From Candidatus Woesearchaeota archaeon (GTDB lineage Archaea; Nanobdellota; Nanobdellia; Woesearchaeales; DSVV01), in contig JACRKF010000021.1 in NCBI GenBank assembly GCA_016219865.1, forward strand, positions 2,224 to 66,223: a stretch of DNA of 64,000 bases, given 5' to 3'. Both the position numbers and the translations under genes were made by a program. Of this stretch, positions 57,840 through 64,000 are shown in pieces. Numbering within the stretch: the stretch's first letter is position 1; each line of letters begins with the position of its first letter. The notes beneath the pieces are model-generated. The model did no database searches. It worked only from the letters and a program-made list of their open reading frames with translations, and was not told where the DNA came from.

Positions 57840-58433
57840 ATGAAAACCAAAACATTTTTAAATTTGATTAGCTTTACCCTAACTAAAATGAAGAAAGCAG
57901 ATAATATCTTAGAAATATTCTTTAATTACCCTACAAAACAGTGGCATTTTGAAGATATAGTAAGAACAGCAGCAATTAGTAGGCCGCAAGCCACAGGATG
58001 GTTAAAAAAGTTCATCAAAGAAAAAATCATCATAAGAATAAAACAAAAAAGAAGAATGCCATATTACATTGCAAATTATCAAAATGCACAATATCAGATT
58101 AAAAAACGATTATATGCATTAGATAATTTTGAAAAAAGTGGCTTTTTAGAGCATCTTACAACACTCCCAAAAGCAAATAACATTATTCTTTTCGGTAGTT
58201 TTAGCAGATGGGATTGGAATGATGAAAGTGACATTGATATTTTTGTATATGGCAGTACAGAAGGCTTTGATATGAGTTATTACAGAAAAAGACTAGGAAG
58301 AGAGATTCAATTATTCATATGTAAAGATGAAGAACAATTGCAAAAATATAATTCTGCTCTCTTGAGGAATATCATAGAGGGTTATCTGATTAAAGGTGAT
58401 TTACAATTTATTGAGGTAAAACCACATGTATAA
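57840..58433 (+). CDS. nucleotidyltransferase (MNT) with an N-terminal wHTH
   Basis: LFGSFSRWDWNDESDIDIFV. Confidence 0.65.
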   Translation: MKTKTFLNLISFTLTKMKKADNILEIFFNYPTKQWHFEDIVRTAAISRPQATGWLKKFIKEKIIIRIKQKRRMPYYIANYQNAQYQIKKRLYALDNFEKSGFLEHLTTLPKANNIILFGSFSRWDWNDESDIDIFVYGSTEGFDMSYYRKRLGREIQLFICKDEEQLQKYNSALLRNIIEGYLIKGDLQFIEVKPHV

Positions 58434-58659
58434 TGAAAGAACGCAAAAAAGTATTTATACAATTTGCAATCAAGAAGGGTCATTTGTACCGATTGCAAAG
58501 CTTGACAAAGATTTAATAAAAATAATGCTGCAAGTGGCATTGCTTGATTTTGAAGCTGTCAAAGACTGGAAAAAGAATTCACCTAAAGATGGAAAACAAT
58601 GGAATGCTATTTACAAGATTCATTATGAGCAGAATGGAAAGAGATTGAATTTCAGATAA
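58426..58659 (+). CDS. small hypothetical protein overlapping the MNT gene (possible cognate partner)
   Basis: 77 aa, 8-bp overlap, no motif. Confidence 0.3.
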   Translation: MYNERTQKSIYTICNQEGSFVPIAKLDKDLIKIMLQVALLDFEAVKDWKKNSPKDGKQWNAIYKIHYEQNGKRLNFR

Positions 58660-58715
58660 ATCTGTATATTAACACATTAAAGAAAACTATTGAAGAGAGA
58701 TTGAAGTAAAATTCT

Positions 58716-59690
58716 CTAATGATACGCAGGCATCCAAGATTCATAGCTCATAATCAGATGCTCGTGATTTCTGATAACATGGGGAAATAACTGCCGCAAT
58801 TCATTGATGATTTTATTAAAGTGCAGATAACTTTCAACAGCAAATTCAAACTCAACTTCCCAAGGAGCTAAACTTCTGATATAATAAAGTGAATTAGGAT
58901 GGTTCTTCATCCATTCAAATAATGCATTCTCATCTTTTTTCGTCAATGACTTAAAATAAATAATTGCTTTAAAGAATTCTAATCCTAATTTGTTGAGGTC
59001 AACTGCAATCCTATAAGATAAGATAATTTTATTCTGTTCCATCTTTTTTATTCTTGTACGGACAATCTCTATTGAAGAATTTACTTTTCGCGCTAATTGC
59101 AAAAGAGGGATGCGCGCATTATTTGTAAGCACAGAAAGTATCTTGGAATCTAATGCATCCATAGTATAATCCTTGGTCTCACCACCAAAAAGAACACAAT
59201 CTCCTGATGTCTCATTGAGAAAGAATTTTTTGTTATACTGCCGTGTATCAACCATTGTTCCTAAAACTTTAGTGATGATCAGATGTTTCCATCGTGAAAA
59301 CAAAATATTAACTTTTTCAAAGTATTCTGTCGTCGATTTTGAAACAATTGCAAAAACACAATCAAAAGCGCCATCGCAGATGCCATACCAATAGATATCT
59401 TTATTATTTTTGAGTTCATGAAAGAACTTCTCACGTTCTGCAGAAATATTTTCTAATTTCAGATAGACTTTAAACATATAATAACCAAGAATGTTTGGAT
59501 TAATAGAAGTGATGAAACCTGTGATGATGCCTTTGTTTACCAATTGTTGTATCCTGTACTTTACAGCTTCACGTGATTTTTTTACTTTCTTTGCCAGTTG
59601 TGTTGTAGAGATTCTGCAGTTCTTATCTAATTCTGATAATATTTTTCTGTCAACCAGATCTAACTTTATTTTCTCCATTTTTATTACCAT
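58716..59690 (-). CDS. tandem Lrp/AsnC-type HTH transcriptional regulator
   Basis: Two HTH_AsnC-like segments (DRKILSELDKNCRISTTQLAKKV and DSKILSVLTNNARIPLLQLARKV). Confidence 0.6.
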   Translation of the reverse strand: MVIKMEKIKLDLVDRKILSELDKNCRISTTQLAKKVKKSREAVKYRIQQLVNKGIITGFITSINPNILGYYMFKVYLKLENISAEREKFFHELKNNKDIYWYGICDGAFDCVFAIVSKSTTEYFEKVNILFSRWKHLIITKVLGTMVDTRQYNKKFFLNETSGDCVLFGGETKDYTMDALDSKILSVLTNNARIPLLQLARKVNSSIEIVRTRIKKMEQNKIILSYRIAVDLNKLGLEFFKAIIYFKSLTKKDENALFEWMKNHPNSLYYIRSLAPWEVEFEFAVESYLHFNKIINELRQLFPHVIRNHEHLIMSYESWMPAYH

Positions 59691-59775
59691 ATTATGTCAT
59701 ATTATATAAATATTTCTATTAAATGGTTAAATATAGTTAGAAAGTTTAATATCAGTGAGAAGTATCTACTAATAG

Positions 59776-61167
59776 ATGGTTAAACATATCTTGTTAATCC
59801 GACCAGAATATCCATACGGCAAGCCGCAGCTATGGATGCCGACTGATTTGTACAAAATAGCTGCGCGTTTCGAGAGTGTTGGAATAGAAGCAACTGTTGC
59901 AGACAGAAACATTGAACAGCTGCCAGAGAATATTGAGCAATTTGATTTTATTGGGATTGCTGCATTTGGAACCCCCTATATTCCGTCATCGCTTAATATT
60001 GCTAAAGATGTATTTTCTAAGACAGGAAAAAAACCAATTTTAGGAGGGCAGATCATTGAACAATTATCAGTGTCTGAATTTTCAAGGATATACGGCAAAA
60101 ATTCTTTGCAAAGCAGAAATGATAATAACACGCAGCAGATAGTTGGAGTAAGAGCACTCCCTGCTGTTGGAGAAGTGAATATTAAAGAACAGTTGGAAAA
60201 AGTTCCTCCTGAAAAGCTCAAACAATATTTGCAGAATGAATTTAGCCTCTATGTTTCACAAGGATGCAAGTATGCGTGCAACTTCTGCACTGCTGTGCGC
60301 AGACGCGGAAAGAAAAGAGTAAGAGAGACATTCAGTACAACAGTTGGAGAAGATCTAGATGCAATATTGCTAAAAACTGCACAACTTGATATGAAACAAG
60401 TAAAGATTTATCTCTCACCTCTTGATGCATTTCAAAACCCAGCAGATTTCAAAAAAAAACTTGAAGAGATTATTGCAGTAAAGAAAAGATATGATGTTCA
60501 ACTGCAATTGCGGGTATTGAGCAGAATTGATTCATTCATTAATGCATTGCAGGCAGAACCTTATTTAGCTGAACTTGTTCAATCTGCTGGCATCTCTATC
60601 ATTGGTTTTGGCGTTGATGGTAGCACAGAAGAAGTCTGGAGATCACAGCATAAAGGATACAAAAGCTTGAGACAAGTTGATGAAGCATTTTCTCAATCAA
60701 AAAAATTAGGGATTACTCCAGAAGCTTTGCTTGTCATGGGTTATCATTCTTCAGGTAAACAAAAAGGTGATACTAAAGAAAGTTTGCAAAAAACAGTCAG
60801 TTATGCTATTAATAGGGCAGAAGAATTAGGAGTTGTTGCGCGCCCGCATATTGCAAAAGATTTTGTTCCAGGAAATGATGGTTGGAATGCAATACAATGG
60901 CAAGCGCAAAAAGAGATTATCCTCAATGATCCAAAATTATTCAAGAATTTAGATTTTGTTGCATTTGCTTCTGAATTAACGCATCCAGATCCTGAATTCA
61001 GAGCTCTGGTAAACGATGCATACCTGCAGATTATTAAGAGACTTACTCCACAAGGATTATGCACAACATCGCCGTTGCAACCATATATGGTTAGCAATTC
61101 TTTTGTCGCAGAAGCATGGAATAAAGCTGTTGATATGTATAATAAAGAAATTCCGTTTGACAGATAA
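59776..61167 (+). CDS. radical SAM protein with an N-terminal B12-binding-like domain
   Basis: CKYACNFC (Cx3Cx2C). 463 aa. Confidence 0.6.
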   Translation: MVKHILLIRPEYPYGKPQLWMPTDLYKIAARFESVGIEATVADRNIEQLPENIEQFDFIGIAAFGTPYIPSSLNIAKDVFSKTGKKPILGGQIIEQLSVSEFSRIYGKNSLQSRNDNNTQQIVGVRALPAVGEVNIKEQLEKVPPEKLKQYLQNEFSLYVSQGCKYACNFCTAVRRRGKKRVRETFSTTVGEDLDAILLKTAQLDMKQVKIYLSPLDAFQNPADFKKKLEEIIAVKKRYDVQLQLRVLSRIDSFINALQAEPYLAELVQSAGISIIGFGVDGSTEEVWRSQHKGYKSLRQVDEAFSQSKKLGITPEALLVMGYHSSGKQKGDTKESLQKTVSYAINRAEELGVVARPHIAKDFVPGNDGWNAIQWQAQKEIILNDPKLFKNLDFVAFASELTHPDPEFRALVNDAYLQIIKRLTPQGLCTTSPLQPYMVSNSFVAEAWNKAVDMYNKEIPFDR

Positions 61168-61203
61168 TTTAAGAATTTTGAAAAACTAAACGAAGCGAAT
61201 TTT

Positions 61204-61458
61204 TCAAAATTCTTTATAAATATTTTTTCTGTGACCTATTTTAATTACTAGAACAATTAATTTTTTATTATCAATATCAACAATAAGACGATAATCTCCA
61301 ACCCTAAGTTTATACGCAGATTCTCCTACAAGTTTTTCAACATATGTTTCAGGTCTTATTCTTACTCTTTCTAATTTAATAATAATTCTCTCTTGTAAAT
61401 CTCGATGTAATTTAGATAACTGTTTTTTTGCATTATCAGTAAATTCTATTCCGTACAT
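61204..61458 (-). CDS. RelE/ParE-family type II toxin
   Basis: YRLIVDIDNKKLIVLVIKIGHRKNIY matches the canonical RelE C-terminus. Confidence 0.75.
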   Translation of the reverse strand: MYGIEFTDNAKKQLSKLHRDLQERIIIKLERVRIRPETYVEKLVGESAYKLRVGDYRLIVDIDNKKLIVLVIKIGHRKNIYKEF

Positions 61459-61676
61459 TATAGTCCAAACTCCTTTTTAACAGATTCTAAACTATATGTT
61501 TTTCCTTCTTTTGCTTGTTTTCTGCCTAATTCTATTTCTCTTTTTGTTTCTTCATTAATTTCCATTGTATCTTCTAATAAATCCCATATGACCTCTTCAT
61601 AAGTTTCTCTTTCAGAAAATTTTCGCTTCTGCAATCGTAGCTGCAGTTCTCCACTGATTTGTATTGTTGTTGCCAT
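61458..61676 (-). CDS. putative antitoxin for the RelE-like toxin
   Basis: 72 aa. 1-bp overlap, upstream of the toxin. Confidence 0.5.
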   Translation of the reverse strand: MATTIQISGELQLRLQKRKFSERETYEEVIWDLLEDTMEINEETKREIELGRKQAKEGKTYSLESVKKEFGL

Positions 61677-61749
61677 AACATACTATAGTCTACTGTAATA
61701 TATAAATTTTTCCATCAACAATATAAATCCTAATCTCCACAACAACTGG

Positions 61750-62424
61750 ATGAAGCAAATCACAAACATTTCCAAGATTATCTTTGCATTAATACAAGAG
61801 AAATCATTAGGAAAGACAGTTCTTATGAAGATCTTAAAAGGATCAAAAGAGAAGGATATTCTTGCAAACAATTATCATCTCAATAAATGTTTTGGAGCAT
61901 TGTATTGGCTTTCTGAAGAAGAGATTACCTGTATTCTTGACAAACTTTTGAAAGAGGATTATCTAAGATATATGAATATTAGTGATGGATTAGGAGTAGA
62001 TTTTCCTGTATTTAAGATTCATCTCACAGAAAAAGCAAGTGTTGCAATAGACACAAACAAAGATATACCTTTCGGAATACCTGAAGATATCTTTACCAAA
62101 TATCATAAACTAAGTGAAACAATTATGGAAACATATAAACTATTCAAGATAAATAGATCAGTTGAAGACGTTGCTCTTAAGAGGAACCTCAAGATTAATA
62201 CAATCTACGACCACCTTGAAGATTGTATTTTACATAAGATTGTGGCAATTGAAGAAGTAATCTCGGAAGAAAAAAGAGATAAGATGAAAAATATAATTCA
62301 ACCAAGAGAACACAGGCGATTGAGTGAATTAAAACAGTTATTGCCTAAAGAAATATCATATAATGAGATCAAATGTTATCTTGCATCGCTGCGAGCTAAA
62401 ATGGTGTTAGAGCATGAGAACTGA
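61750..62424 (+). CDS. hypothetical protein with an RQC-like winged-helix N-terminal domain
   Basis: MKILKGSKEKDIL...YLRYM resembles a RecQ-C-terminal wH. Overlaps the next gene. Confidence 0.4.
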   Translation: MKQITNISKIIFALIQEKSLGKTVLMKILKGSKEKDILANNYHLNKCFGALYWLSEEEITCILDKLLKEDYLRYMNISDGLGVDFPVFKIHLTEKASVAIDTNKDIPFGIPEDIFTKYHKLSETIMETYKLFKINRSVEDVALKRNLKINTIYDHLEDCILHKIVAIEEVISEEKRDKMKNIIQPREHRRLSELKQLLPKEISYNEIKCYLASLRAKMVLEHEN

Positions 62425-63142
62425 GAAAATAGTAATCAATAATCAAGAGTATATTGTTGAAATCTATACTGAACAGAGAAATAACGTAACAGTATCAATA
62501 AGAAAAAATAAGATTATCATAAAAGTTCCAATCAGCATTAACAGAGAAGAACAGTTTCGCAATGTTCTTGAGATGAAACAATGGGCTGTGAAAAAAATAA
62601 CAAGAGATCCAGAAAGATTTAAGAAAAGAGAAGAAAAACAATATAGATCAGGCGATATTCTGCAAATAAACAACGAACAGTTTTTACTTGAGATAGGATA
62701 CTGCGACAATAGTTCAAGTTCTGGAAGAATTAGAGAGAACAAGATTGTATTGGACATATCCAGTAGATTAAACGAAGAAATAAAAAGAAAGCATATTATA
62801 GCATTGCTAAGCAGAATTATCGCAAAAAGACGTCTGCCTATCTTAGAAAGGAAGATTCATGAGCTTAACCAACAACATTTCCAAAAGGAGATCAATAGAA
62901 TTTTCTTCAAGAATATGAATTCACGATGGGGAAGCTGCTCAGAAAATGCAAACATTAACATATCAACACGACTTTTGTTTGCGCCAGAGATTGTGCTGGA
63001 ATATGTTTGCATCCATGAATTGGCTCATTTGATTGAACAGAACCATTCATCTAATTTTTGGAATTTAGTGCAGCAAGCAATGCCAGATTATAAAGACCAA
63101 GAACAATGGCTCAAGAAAAACGGAGATTCATGCCAATTTTAA
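62414..63142 (+). CDS. DUF45/YgjP-family (M48-like, SprT-like) metallopeptidase
   Basis: CIHELAHLIEQNHSSNFWNLV...MPDY is the HExxH...NHS.FW signature. Confidence 0.75.
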   Translation: MRTEKIVINNQEYIVEIYTEQRNNVTVSIRKNKIIIKVPISINREEQFRNVLEMKQWAVKKITRDPERFKKREEKQYRSGDILQINNEQFLLEIGYCDNSSSSGRIRENKIVLDISSRLNEEIKRKHIIALLSRIIAKRRLPILERKIHELNQQHFQKEINRIFFKNMNSRWGSCSENANINISTRLLFAPEIVLEYVCIHELAHLIEQNHSSNFWNLVQQAMPDYKDQEQWLKKNGDSCQF

Positions 63143-63237
63143 ATTTCTTATGTCTGGATTACCCAACTGAGAGAGTTCTGATCAAAGCTATATCGCACTT
63201 AATATTTAATTTTTTTGCTTTCGCAAAAGCAAAAAAA

Positions 63238-63939
63238 TTAATGCTTATACTTTCCATGCCTTGATTTCATCTTATCTTTCATTGTAGAAACAGTATGCTT
63301 TATCTTCTCAACAAAACTTGCTGCATGCTTATCAATTGCATGCTTTGTTGCTGCAACTGCTGCTGCAATATTTGGCGAGAACACACCCAGCACAGTATGG
63401 ATGTTTTTGATTCTATTATGATATCTTTGTAAGTAAACAAGATTTTCAATTTTATATTTTTGCGGCATTGGCACAACTTCATCAGGATAGCCAAGTGTAA
63501 TAATCGCATGCGGTCGTGCATAATCAGGAATACTTAAAATTCTCTTTAATGCAACTTCATCAAAAGCTCCAACCCAGCAAGCGCCTAAGCCATAATGATG
63601 CGCAGCTAGCAACATATTTTCACATCCTGCTGCAACATTCTGGATAGTATAAAGACGTTCTCCCCGCAAACCATAGAATTGTTTTGGACGCTTTGTCTCA
63701 GCGCATGCTACAATAATAACAGGAGCTTGCTCCATCCAATATTGCTGCAATGATGCTTCTGCTATTGCTTTTCTCTTAGATTCATCTGTAACAACTATAA
63801 ACCGAAATTCCTGCAGATTGCCTGCTGTTGGAGCTAATGTGCCTGCTTCAACAACTCTTCCAACTAGTTCCCATTCTACTGGAATATCGACGTATTTCCT
63901 GATAGAACGTCGCGTATAGATGCACTCAAGAGTATCCAT
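63238..63939 (-). CDS. nitroreductase-family protein
   Basis: The N-terminus RRSIRKY...P...NLQ matches the nitroreductase fold. It carries a basic C-terminal extension. Confidence 0.8.
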   Translation of the reverse strand: MDTLECIYTRRSIRKYVDIPVEWELVGRVVEAGTLAPTAGNLQEFRFIVVTDESKRKAIAEASLQQYWMEQAPVIIVACAETKRPKQFYGLRGERLYTIQNVAAGCENMLLAAHHYGLGACWVGAFDEVALKRILSIPDYARPHAIITLGYPDEVVPMPQKYKIENLVYLQRYHNRIKNIHTVLGVFSPNIAAAVAATKHAIDKHAASFVEKIKHTVSTMKDKMKSRHGKYKH

Positions 63940-64000
63940 TCCATTATTTCTGGAAAGAGGAGTTTATATATGTTACGAAAATTTTTCTGAAAAGAAAAAT

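Noticed and set aside
1-64000. CRISPR arrays and rRNA genes
   Set aside because: I saw no regularly spaced direct repeats with unique spacers. I saw no long GC-rich rRNA-like stretches. The only GC-rich island (42260-42406) is too short (about 140 nt) for 16S/23S, and its match to 5S rRNA motifs is weak.

Overview
This is a very AT-rich, densely coded window that is unambiguously archaeal, most likely a small-genome DPANN-type archaeon. Genes specific to archaea and eukaryotes are present: ribosomal proteins L15e, S27e and S15/S13e, aIF2-alpha, Nop10, aEF-1beta, Trm1, diphthine synthase, Elp3, archease with RtcB, a split transketolase, and a CDP-archaeol synthase / archaetidylserine lipid cluster. 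Shine-Dalgarno-like GGAGG/GGTGA motifs precede many starts. The ORF track accepts TTG/GTG starts, so I moved several starts to the first plausible ATG. There is no rRNA and no CRISPR array. There is one tRNA, a tRNA-Gln(UUG) candidate that appears to carry two introns, and tRNA-splicing genes (RtcB, archease) lie elsewhere in the window. Outside the core genes the window carries a nickel-pincer cofactor operon (larE-larB-[toxin-antitoxin]-larC). It also carries many toxin-antitoxin and abortive-infection modules: AbiEi/AbiEii, two RelE-like pairs and three minimal nucleotidyltransferase (MNT)/HEPN pairs. A co-directional, bacterial-looking block runs MNT-HEPN-PLD-sigma70-like-MutL, with a MutS-family ATPase nearby. 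Two conserved genes carry in-frame stops exactly at conserved residues while the downstream frame stays open: TGA at the Gly of TPTGAA in LarC, and TAG at DE-x-GRGT in the MutS-like gene. A HAD hydrolase is frameshifted. Non-coding structure includes two repeat families: a GAGAATTTTGCA-N(3-6)-TGCAAAATTCTC palindrome with at least 6 copies, one of them in-frame inside a radical-SAM gene, and a 38-nt hairpin element with 3 copies that co-vary. There is also a GC-rich 131-bp element bounded by perfect 16-bp terminal inverted repeats and an 8-bp direct repeat, which is either a MITE or a structured ncRNA. All coordinates were read by hand from the sequence and may be off by 1-3 nt.
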